From: a virus
UHGV virus genome: UHGV-0155659
Length of the DNA stretch: 14,522 nucleotides
Strand: one strand, 5' to 3'
Part shown: positions 7,290 to 14,522 of the stretch, piece after piece
Numbering within the stretch: the first letter of the stretch is position 1
How the letters are laid out: each line of letters begins with the position of its first letter
Made by a program: the position numbers and the translations under genes
Notes under the pieces: generated by a model
What the model was told of the DNA's origin: nothing
Databases searched by the model: none
Seen by the model: the letters and a program-made list of their open reading frames with translations, nothing else

Positions 7290-7727
7290 ATGATCACCGA
7301 CAAACTGTTGATGTTCTCCGAAGCTCAGGCGGTTACGAATACCGCGGCTTCTACTGACGTAATCGATCTCGGTCCAATTGACGGAAAACGTCGTGATATC
7401 GGCGTGGGTTACCCGCTTGAGTTTTGGGCGCTGGTTAACACAGCCGCCGCAGCAAGCGGTGATGCAACTGTAAACATCCAGTTGCAGACGAGTGAGGATA
7501 ACAGCTCATGGACCACTATTTATGATAGTGGTGCACTGGCAAAGACCGCCCTGACAGCAGGTAAACGAGTTGTTTCTGCAAAGGTGCCTGCCGGTGTTCA
7601 GCGATATCTGCGTGTTAACTACTCCGTCGCAACTGGCCCGCTAACGGCTGGCGAATTCACTGCTGGTATCAGTCTTGATGTTGATGCCAATACGCCGTAT
7701 CCGATCCGCTCAAAAGTAACTGGTTAA
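7290..7727 (+). CDS. small beta-rich head-associated protein, possibly a capsid decoration/cement protein
   Basis: 145-aa ORF with GGAG RBS at 7279-7282. The N-terminus LLMFSEAQAVTNTAASTDVIDLG resembles, from memory, cement/decoration proteins of the Bbp16-like type. Located right after the capsid gene. Assignment tentative. Confidence 0.5.
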   Translation: MITDKLLMFSEAQAVTNTAASTDVIDLGPIDGKRRDIGVGYPLEFWALVNTAAAASGDATVNIQLQTSEDNSSWTTIYDSGALAKTALTAGKRVVSAKVPAGVQRYLRVNYSVATGPLTAGEFTAGISLDVDANTPYPIRSKVTG

Positions 7728-7737
7728 GGTGATATCG

Positions 7738-8073
7738 ATGTCAGGTGAGAAACCAAGATACCGCGTTCTGCGCCTCTCTCATATCCATAACACACTGTGG
7801 CCGGAGGGGGCAGAAATCGAATACGAAGGTGAGCCTGGTAGCGCACTGGAACCTGTTAACGATGCAGCCAGACAGGCAAAAGCAAAAGTTGCAGGAAAGG
7901 TGTCAATGGCAGCAACCAGCACCAAAATCATCAACGATGTGTCAGATGATGGTGAACTGGATAAGCTCCGTGAAGAGTACGAATTGCTCTTTAACGAGAA
8001 GCCACACCATAACGCCAAAGCTGAAACGCTCCGCGAGAAGATCGCAGATAAGCGTAAAGAACTGGGCGTGTAA
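7738..8073 (+). CDS. hypothetical structural-module protein (111 aa)
   Basis: ATG at 7738 preceded by AAGGTGA; the ORF track starts at GTG 7729. Followed by an intrinsic terminator. Function unknown. Confidence 0.6.
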   Translation: MSGEKPRYRVLRLSHIHNTLWPEGAEIEYEGEPGSALEPVNDAARQAKAKVAGKVSMAATSTKIINDVSDDGELDKLREEYELLFNEKPHHNAKAETLREKIADKRKELGV

Positions 8074-8089
8074 GCCTCGCGGATCAGAC

Positions 8090-8111
8090 AAGGGGCTTCG
8101 GCCCCTTTATT
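8090..8111 (+). terminator. rho-independent terminator after the capsid gene cluster
   Basis: Hairpin AGGGGC / TTCG tetraloop / GCCCCT followed by TTATT. Its position after the head genes is analogous to the T7 T-phi terminator after gene 10. Confidence 0.6.
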
Positions 8112-8123
8112 GCAGGAGTGTAT

Positions 8124-8447
8124 ATGGAACTCGTAAACCTCAAAACCGGCACTGACAGCTACCAGGATGAGAGCGGAGAAACCAGAACTCGCGATGAATA
8201 CCCGTGGGGGCTGTGCATCACTCTTAATAACGACACATTGAATAAGCTGAAGGCGCAACCTCAGGGCGTCGGAACAGAAGTGATGATAACTGCAAAGGCT
8301 GTTATTCGAGGCCTGTCTGCCAGAGAAACTGACGATGGTGTTAATCGCAGCGCCGATCTGCAGATCACTGATATGGCGATCGCTCCTGTTTCCGGGGATG
8401 TAGAAAAATCAGCGGCTGAAACCCTGTACGGCAATGGGGGTGAGTAA
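8124..8447 (+). CDS. hypothetical virion-module protein (107 aa)
   Basis: AGGAG RBS at 8114-8118 and ATG at 8124. Stop overlaps the start of the next gene (TAATG). Function unknown. Confidence 0.6.
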   Translation: MELVNLKTGTDSYQDESGETRTRDEYPWGLCITLNNDTLNKLKAQPQGVGTEVMITAKAVIRGLSARETDDGVNRSADLQITDMAIAPVSGDVEKSAAETLYGNGGE

Positions 8448-9052
8448 TGGCCTCTGTAGTAGAGATCTGCAATCGTGCGCTGTCCAATATTGGCAACAGC
8501 CGCAGCATTAACAGCCTGACGGAAGCCAGCAAGGAAGCGGGGGAATGTTCGCTGCACTTTGAGGCCTGCCGTGATGCTGTGCTTTCTGATTTTGACTGGA
8601 ACTTTGCTACCAAACGCGTGGCGCTTGCAAATACGAGCAATCCACCGCCTGACTGGGAATATGCGTATCAGTACCCGTCCGATTGTCTGCGCATTACTGA
8701 AATTATGCTTCCTGGTGTACGCAATCCAACAGCAGCAATGCGCGTTCAGTACGAAGTTGGTGCAGACACCAACGGAACAGGAAAGTTGATCTACACAGAC
8801 CAGCCGCAGGCATGGCTCAAGTATGTCTCTCGCGTTTCAGATGTGAACATGTTTGATGCCATTTTTATGGAGGCGTTGGCCTGGCGTCTTGCGGCAGCTA
8901 TTAACATGGCGCTGACTGGGAATGCAGACCTCGGTACGTTTTCCCTCAATATGTACAATCGCGTGATTCTTAGTGCTGGCTCGCATAGCCAGAATGAATC
9001 ACAGGAACCACAGCCACCGGTTGACGAGTTTACCATTGCGAGGTTGTCCTGA
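8447..9052 (+). CDS. tail tubular protein A-like (T7 gp11-like adaptor)
   Basis: 201 aa, similar in size to T7 gp11, with N-terminal pattern ALSNIG...INSL...W.F and gene order directly before the gp12-like gene. Similarity judged by eye, not by alignment. Confidence 0.65.
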   Translation: MASVVEICNRALSNIGNSRSINSLTEASKEAGECSLHFEACRDAVLSDFDWNFATKRVALANTSNPPPDWEYAYQYPSDCLRITEIMLPGVRNPTAAMRVQYEVGADTNGTGKLIYTDQPQAWLKYVSRVSDVNMFDAIFMEALAWRLAAAINMALTGNADLGTFSLNMYNRVILSAGSHSQNESQEPQPPVDEFTIARLS

Positions 9053-11523
9053 TGGCTATCAGTTGGATCCAGCCCAGTTTTGCCGGTGGTGAGATTGGAC
9101 CGTCGTTGTACGGTCGTATCGACATGGCGAAGTACCAGGTGGCATTGCGCAAGTGCGATAACTTTATCGTGCGGCAGTATGGCGGCGTTGAGAATCGACC
9201 TGGTACGCGTTTTGTCGGTGCCGCCAAATACCCAAATCGGAAATGCCGCCTGATCCCGTTCCAGTTCTCGACGGTTCAGACTTATGCTCTGGAGTTCGGA
9301 CACCAGTACATGCGCGTTATCAAAGATGGTGCGTTGGTGCTGAACAGCAGCAATGTTATTTATGAAATTGCCACGCCATATACTGAAGCCGATCTGTTCC
9401 GAATTAAATTCACGCAAAGCGCAGACGTGCTTACGCTGGTTCATCCGGCATACCCGCCGAAAGAGTTGCGCCGCTATGCGCATGACAACTGGCAACTGGT
9501 TGATGTGGTAACGAAGAACGGGCCATTTGAAGATATCAATATTGACGAGTCAGTGACGGTTTATGCCAGCGCCAGCACCGGGACAATTACGTTAACGGCA
9601 AGCGCCTCTATTTTTGGCGCGGAGCAGGTAGGCAAATTGTTCTATCTGGAACAGCCTGCAGTGGATTCTGTGCCGGTATGGGAAACCAGTAAGAGTACGT
9701 CGATTGGCGATATTCGCCGTGCAGACAGTAACTACTATCGCGCCGTTACAGCAGGCAAAACAGGCACTTTGCGCCCTTCGCATACAGAAGGCACATCATG
9801 GGATGGCTGGGGCGGATCCGGTGATGATGATACCGGCATTGAGTGGGAGTATCTGCACAGTGGTTTTGGCATTGCCCGTATCTCTGCTGCAAATGGAACT
9901 ACTGCAACTGCCGAGGTGATTTCCTATATCCCTTCGCAGGTAGTTGGCGAGGATAATGCCAGCTATAAATGGGCTAAATATGCCTGGAACAGTATTAACG
10001 GTTATCCTGGCACTGTTGTTTATTATCAACAACGTCTTTACTTCGCCGCATCGACTGCGTTCCCTCAGACTATCTGGGCCAGCCGTACTGGGGATTATAA
10101 GGATTTTGGCAAAAGCAATCCTACGCAGGATGACGACAGAATTATCTACACCTATGCCGGGCGTCAGGTTAATGAGATCCGCCACCTGATTGATGTTGGT
10201 TCGCTGGTGGCGCTGACTTCTGGAGGTGAGTACGTCATCACCGGCGACCAGAACAAAGTATTAACCCCATCATCATTTGCATTCAGCTCTCAGGGATCAA
10301 ATGGCTCGAGCAATGTCCCACCAATTGCCGTGGCGAATATTGCTCTGTTCGTCCAGGAGAAAGGCAGTGTTGTCCGTGATCTGGCCTACTCATTCGATGT
10401 TGACGGCTATCAGGGGAACGACCTGACCATCCTTGCCAATCATCTTTTTCAGAAGCACAGCATTGTTGACTGGTGCTTCTCTATTGTCCCTTACTCCAGC
10501 GCCTTCTGCATTCGTGATGACGGTAAATTACTGGTGATGACCTATTTGCGTGATCAGCAGGTTTTTGCATGGGCACCACAATCCAGTACCGGAAAATATG
10601 AAAGCACATGCAGTATCAGCGAAGGCAATGAAGATGCGGTGTATTTCGTCGTTAACCGAACCGTTAACGGGCAAACAGTGAGATACATCGAGCGGCTGTC
10701 CAGCCGTTTATTTACCAGCGATGAAGATGCTTTCTTTGTTGATTCTGGCCTTAGCTATGATGGAAGAAATACGTCTGACAGAACGATGACCATCACTGGT
10801 GGTTCTGGCGAATGGGATTATCGCGCGGAATATACAATCAGTGTTTCTGGTGGTGCGTACTTCACCAGTAGTGATGTCGGCGCGCAACTACAGTTCCCTT
10901 ATGCCGGAACTGATCCTGATACTGGCGATGAAGTGTCAAAAGAATTACGTTGCGACATTATTTCTGTAACCAGCAATACCGCTGTAGTGGTTCGTGCCAA
11001 CAGGAACGTCCCGCCATCCCTCAGGAATGCGGCCACCACGAACTGGCAGATGGCGCGCCGGACATTTGGAGGCCTGTCTCATCTTGAAGGCCAGACCGTA
11101 AACATTCTCTCTGATGCGAACGTGGAACCACAGAAAGTGGTTTCCGGAGGTGCCGTCACACTGGAATCTCCGGGGGCTGTAGTGCACATCGGCCTGCCAA
11201 TAACTGCTGAATTCGAAACACTGGATATCAACATTAACGGACAGGAAACGCTGCTGGACAAAAAACAGGTGATACCCTCCGTTACTCTGGTTGTGAATGC
11301 CAGTCGCGGCATCTGGGCGACTACGCCCGGCGGTAAATGGTACGAATATCCACAGCGTGAATTCGAGTTCTACGATGATCCTGTTGATGATGCTACCGGA
11401 AAAGTAGAAGTGAAACTGGACAGTAACTGGGGCAAAAACGGACGTGTAAAAATCCGTCAGCTTGACCCGTTGCCGCTGTCTGTTCTTGCCGTTATTCCTC
11501 GCCTTACTGTTGGGGGATTCTGA
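9052..11523 (+). CDS. tail tubular protein B-like (T7 gp12-like nozzle)
   Basis: 823 aa, close to the size of T7 gp12. N-terminal SFAGGEIGPSLYGRIDMAKYQ...VENRPGTRFV resembles the gp12 N-terminus NLKGGISQQPDILRYPDQ...LQKRPPLVFL. Flanked by gp11-like and gp13/gp14-like genes. Confidence 0.7.
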   Translation: MAISWIQPSFAGGEIGPSLYGRIDMAKYQVALRKCDNFIVRQYGGVENRPGTRFVGAAKYPNRKCRLIPFQFSTVQTYALEFGHQYMRVIKDGALVLNSSNVIYEIATPYTEADLFRIKFTQSADVLTLVHPAYPPKELRRYAHDNWQLVDVVTKNGPFEDINIDESVTVYASASTGTITLTASASIFGAEQVGKLFYLEQPAVDSVPVWETSKSTSIGDIRRADSNYYRAVTAGKTGTLRPSHTEGTSWDGWGGSGDDDTGIEWEYLHSGFGIARISAANGTTATAEVISYIPSQVVGEDNASYKWAKYAWNSINGYPGTVVYYQQRLYFAASTAFPQTIWASRTGDYKDFGKSNPTQDDDRIIYTYAGRQVNEIRHLIDVGSLVALTSGGEYVITGDQNKVLTPSSFAFSSQGSNGSSNVPPIAVANIALFVQEKGSVVRDLAYSFDVDGYQGNDLTILANHLFQKHSIVDWCFSIVPYSSAFCIRDDGKLLVMTYLRDQQVFAWAPQSSTGKYESTCSISEGNEDAVYFVVNRTVNGQTVRYIERLSSRLFTSDEDAFFVDSGLSYDGRNTSDRTMTITGGSGEWDYRAEYTISVSGGAYFTSSDVGAQLQFPYAGTDPDTGDEVSKELRCDIISVTSNTAVVVRANRNVPPSLRNAATTNWQMARRTFGGLSHLEGQTVNILSDANVEPQKVVSGGAVTLESPGAVVHIGLPITAEFETLDININGQETLLDKKQVIPSVTLVVNASRGIWATTPGGKWYEYPQREFEFYDDPVDDATGKVEVKLDSNWGKNGRVKIRQLDPLPLSVLAVIPRLTVGGF

Positions 11524-11987
11524 TGATCGATGTTCGAATTATTCCCGCTACCGAAGAGCATCTTCAGATGATTTTGCCGGATGTTCGTCAGGCTGATATT
11601 GACGAACTGTATGCGGTATCGCTGATGACTACCGAAGATGCGCTGCGTGTTGGTCTGCGCACTGCGACTATGGCCTGGTCAGGATTTGCGAACGGAGAAC
11701 TGGTAACCATGTTTGGCGTATCTCCGGCGTCAATGATCGGTGGCAATGGTACGCCCTGGCTGGTCGGAACCAGCCGTATCGAAAAATATCAGAAGACATT
11801 TCTTCGCCACTGCCGCCCTGTATTGCAGCAGATGCTGGCAGTTTATCCGCGCCTGGAAAACTATGTCGACGAGCGAAACCATGTTGCCAAAGCATGGCTG
11901 CACTGGCTTGGATTCAGGCTTGAAGAAGCCGCGCCTTATGGTGCTCTTGGTCTTAATTTCCACAGATTTCACATGGAGAGAAAATAA
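11523..11987 (+). CDS. internal virion protein A-like (gp13-like) small protein
   Basis: 154-aa ORF coupled on both sides (TGATG at 11521-11525; TAATG at 11985-11989). Assignment is by synteny between the gp12-like and gp14-like genes. Confidence 0.55.
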   Translation: MIDVRIIPATEEHLQMILPDVRQADIDELYAVSLMTTEDALRVGLRTATMAWSGFANGELVTMFGVSPASMIGGNGTPWLVGTSRIEKYQKTFLRHCRPVLQQMLAVYPRLENYVDERNHVAKAWLHWLGFRLEEAAPYGALGLNFHRFHMERK

Positions 11988-12532
11988 TGTGCGATCCGGT
12001 TATTGCTGGTGGCGCAATGCTCGCCATGAGTGGCATTCAGGCATACACCCAGTACCAACAGGGAAAGTATGCCTCGAAGGTTGCAGAAGCGAACGCAGAT
12101 ATAGCCACAGCTCAGGCAAATGATGCAATAAACAGAGGTAACGCTGAAGCTGAGCAACGGCGCAGAGAGACCCGACAGCGGCTTGGTACACAGGCGGCGA
12201 CAATGGGGGCTACCGGCGCTGATTTATCTACAGGTAACGCGCTGGATATATTTGGCGACACTGCCCAGTTTGGCGCTCTTGATTCTCTGACGACGGTGAA
12301 TAACGCGCAACGCGAGGCTTACGGTTATCAGGTTCAGGCTGCCAACTATAAAGCAGAAGCCAGTTCAGCCCGTAAACAGGGGAATGTGGGAGCAGCAACA
12401 ACATTGCTCACTGCGCCTCTGAAGGCATACGGTGCGTACCAGATGTTTGGTGGGACGTGGAGTCCGTTTACTCAAAGCACCCCTGCGCCAATCTGGGCAG
12501 CAGCAGGAACCAGATTACCCGGAGGATTATAA
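11987..12532 (+). CDS. internal virion protein B-like (T7 gp14-like)
   Basis: 181 aa beginning MCDPVIAGGAMLAMSGIQA, compared with T7 gp14 MCWAAAIPIAISGAQA as I recall it. Ala/Gln-rich composition and synteny support the call. Confidence 0.65.
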   Translation: MCDPVIAGGAMLAMSGIQAYTQYQQGKYASKVAEANADIATAQANDAINRGNAEAEQRRRETRQRLGTQAATMGATGADLSTGNALDIFGDTAQFGALDSLTTVNNAQREAYGYQVQAANYKAEASSARKQGNVGAATTLLTAPLKAYGAYQMFGGTWSPFTQSTPAPIWAAAGTRLPGGL

Positions 12533-14522
12533 TGCCAGTCGTACCAACAGTATCCGGCCGTCAGGTTCAGAGCCGTGGAGTTCAGTCAGCAGGCTTGCAG
12601 ACGTTTTCTCAGCCAGGTATTGGTGATGCTTTTGTTCGGGCAGGGACAGAGGCAATTGATGTTTTTGGTCAGGCAAAACAGCGTGCCAATATCGCTCTGG
12701 CTCAGGAGGCATCTCTTAACCTCAGTCAGATAAGCAGTGATCTGCTGAATAATCCTGAAACAGGATTGCTTAACCTGAAAGGGAAAAATGCTATTGGAAA
12801 AGGTCAGGAGTATACGCAGCAGTTTGATGCTCAGGCCGAACAACTGGCTATGTCGCTGCCGGATGAACAGGCTCGTAATGCTTTCATGCAGCAGGCGCAG
12901 CAGCAGCGCATTCAGTTCACTACGCAGGCAGGGCGGCACGAGATAGGGCAAATAAATGCCTACGAAGAAGGCCAGTTTCAGGCTACGCTGCTGAACAATG
13001 GTAAAAATGCCGCAGCATTGTATGGCGACAACGCCGCATATGTATTGGCTAATAAGCAAACTTTCCAGCAAATTGAGGATTACGGCATTGCACATGGCTG
13101 GAGTGACGAGCAAATCCAGGCCAAGAAAATCGAGTTTAAAGAGAAGGTTGCTGATGCCGCATTGTCCCAGTGGTCGGCAAACAATGCGACCGCATTCATC
13201 CAAAGTAATGGCGAGTTAAGTGATACTGCTGCTGGAGCTCGCCGTGCTGTAGCAGATAGTGACTCTTCCGAGCGTGCCCGTGGCATACGCAACAATAACC
13301 CAGGAAATCTCGAATACAGCAAAACTAATCCGTGGGTAGGCCAGACCGGTGATGATGGTCGATTTGCTAAATTCGAAACACCTGAACACGGGATTCGTGC
13401 ATTAGGGCGAAACCTGATGTCGTATCAGAGGCAGGGTATTGATACCGTCAGCGAGATAATTAATCGCTGGGCACCGCCTACTGATAAAAATGATACTATG
13501 TCGTATATCAAAGCAGTGTGCGAACAACTTGGCGTTTCTGCTGATGATCCTCTCGATGCATCTAATCCTGATACCCTGAAGGCGCTTTGTGCAGCCATTA
13601 TCCATCATGAGAACGGTAGCCAGCCATACAGTGATCAGCAGTTAACTGCTGGTGTCAGTGCAGCACTTGGTTTATCAACAATTCCAACCAACACCAAACG
13701 CTATACCGGTAATGCAGCATTCGATGCGGCATCTCCTGAGGCGCAGGCAAGTTTTATGCGACAGGCGGATCAACTGCGTCGGCAGCAGCAGGCTGAATAT
13801 AAAACGATGATTGACAGCCAGGTTCGCGATGCGACAGCTGCATATATGCGTGGCGTTGAATTTCCTAACCCACCTGGTGAGGATGATTTTATTGCAGCTT
13901 ATGGAGTCAGAGAAGGAAACCTGCGATATACCGAGTTTAAGAATACGCAGATCGCCGGACAGTATATAGGCTCTTTCCGCAACATGCCGACAAGCAGCAT
14001 TACAGCATATGTTGAGCAATTACGCCCGGATACTGGTGATACAGGGGAGGGCTATGCGGCACGCGCAGCTCTTTATGACAACGTTGTTTCGGCTGCAAAT
14101 CAGGTGATAAAGCAGCGGCAGTCGGATCCTGTGCAGTTCTCTCTTGCCTCCGGACAGGCAAAGCCTATCGACATGAGCAATAAGGATAACTTTGGACAGA
14201 GCGTTGCCTTGCGTGCCGCTCAGGTCAGTGACCTTGCTAAGTCATATGGCACTCCACTGACGTTCTTTTCCAAAGACGAGGCCAATCAGATCGGTGTTTT
14301 CTTTCGTGATGCTCCAGTTTCCCAACAGGCAGCATATCTCGATACCATCAGGCAGAGCACTGGTGGTGGGCAGGTGTATATGTCAGCACTACAGCAGATC
14401 AGTACCAACGCTCCATCTGCTGCCGTTGCAAAAACCTACCTGAATATCAGTGTGAAACAGAACGCTGCTGCACTGACACAGGCTAAGAACGTTACAATCA
14501 CCGCATTCGACGGACCGAACCC
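12532..14522 (+). CDS. large internal virion/ejection protein (gp15/gp16-like), 3'-truncated by the window end
   Basis: Open frame from ATG 12532 (GGAGGA RBS at 12521-12526, TAATG overlap) to the window edge, giving more than 663 codons with no stop. Gln/Ala-rich with a conserved-looking block RGIRNNNPGNLEY...GIDTVSEIINRWAP. Absent from the ORF track because it has no stop in the window. Confidence 0.75.
   Translation, partial: MPVVPTVSGRQVQSRGVQSAGLQTFSQPGIGDAFVRAGTEAIDVFGQAKQRANIALAQEASLNLSQISSDLLNNPETGLLNLKGKNAIGKGQEYTQQFDAQAEQLAMSLPDEQARNAFMQQAQQQRIQFTTQAGRHEIGQINAYEEGQFQATLLNNGKNAAALYGDNAAYVLANKQTFQQIEDYGIAHGWSDEQIQAKKIEFKEKVADAALSQWSANNATAFIQSNGELSDTAAGARRAVADSDSSERARGIRNNNPGNLEYSKTNPWVGQTGDDGRFAKFETPEHGIRALGRNLMSYQRQGIDTVSEIINRWAPPTDKNDTMSYIKAVCEQLGVSADDPLDASNPDTLKALCAAIIHHENGSQPYSDQQLTAGVSAALGLSTIPTNTKRYTGNAAFDAASPEAQASFMRQADQLRRQQQAEYKTMIDSQVRDATAAYMRGVEFPNPPGEDDFIAAYGVREGNLRYTEFKNTQIAGQYIGSFRNMPTSSITAYVEQLRPDTGDTGEGYAARAALYDNVVSAANQVIKQRQSDPVQFSLASGQAKPIDMSNKDNFGQSVALRAAQVSDLAKSYGTPLTFFSKDEANQIGVFFRDAPVSQQAAYLDTIRQSTGGGQVYMSALQQISTNAPSAAVAKTYLNISVKQNAAALTQAKNVTITAFDGPN

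Noticed and set aside
7200-7300. Possible T7-style programmed frameshift or read-through extending the major capsid protein (10A/10B-like)
   Set aside because: No slippery heptamer is evident near the capsid stop, and the in-frame sequence between 7239 and 7289 contains additional stop codons. The downstream ORF has its own RBS and ATG.
7745-8155. 136-aa + strand ORF overlapping the 7738..8073 gene in another frame
   Set aside because: It spans the intrinsic terminator and the RBS of the next gene and has a Cys/Arg-rich, low-complexity translation. The co-linear gene with a proper RBS is preferred.
1-14522. CRISPR arrays, tRNA/rRNA genes, IS elements, or canonical defence systems (restriction-modification, toxin-antitoxin, abortive-infection ATPases or nucleases)
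   Set aside because: No repeat-spacer periodicity, no cloverleaf-like segments and no transposase or terminal inverted repeats were seen. No ORF carries a recognisable defence-enzyme motif outside the terminase; the only nucleotide-binding and nuclease motifs belong to TerL.

Overview
This window reads as the late (virion morphogenesis) region of a phage or prophage from an enterobacterial-type genome. The first ~2.1 kb holds small accessory genes (an Ead/Ea22-like protein, a DUF551-type protein and three small hypotheticals). An intrinsic terminator then precedes a tightly packed, translationally coupled + strand operon: small terminase, a single 820-aa ORF that combines a large-terminase ATPase/nuclease with a T7 gp8-like portal C-terminal region, a small acidic protein, scaffold, major capsid protein, three small head-associated proteins, and T7-like tail tubular A/B and internal virion proteins (gp11-gp14-like order), ending in a large internal virion protein that runs off the window. 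All calls rest on reading motifs, gene order and sizes by eye; no database search was run. I found no rRNA, tRNA, CRISPR array, IS element or recognisable defence-system enzyme. The most unusual feature is the in-frame TerL::portal fusion, whose joint coincides with a 15-bp stretch of three overlapping restriction sites (EcoRI/SmaI/KpnI).
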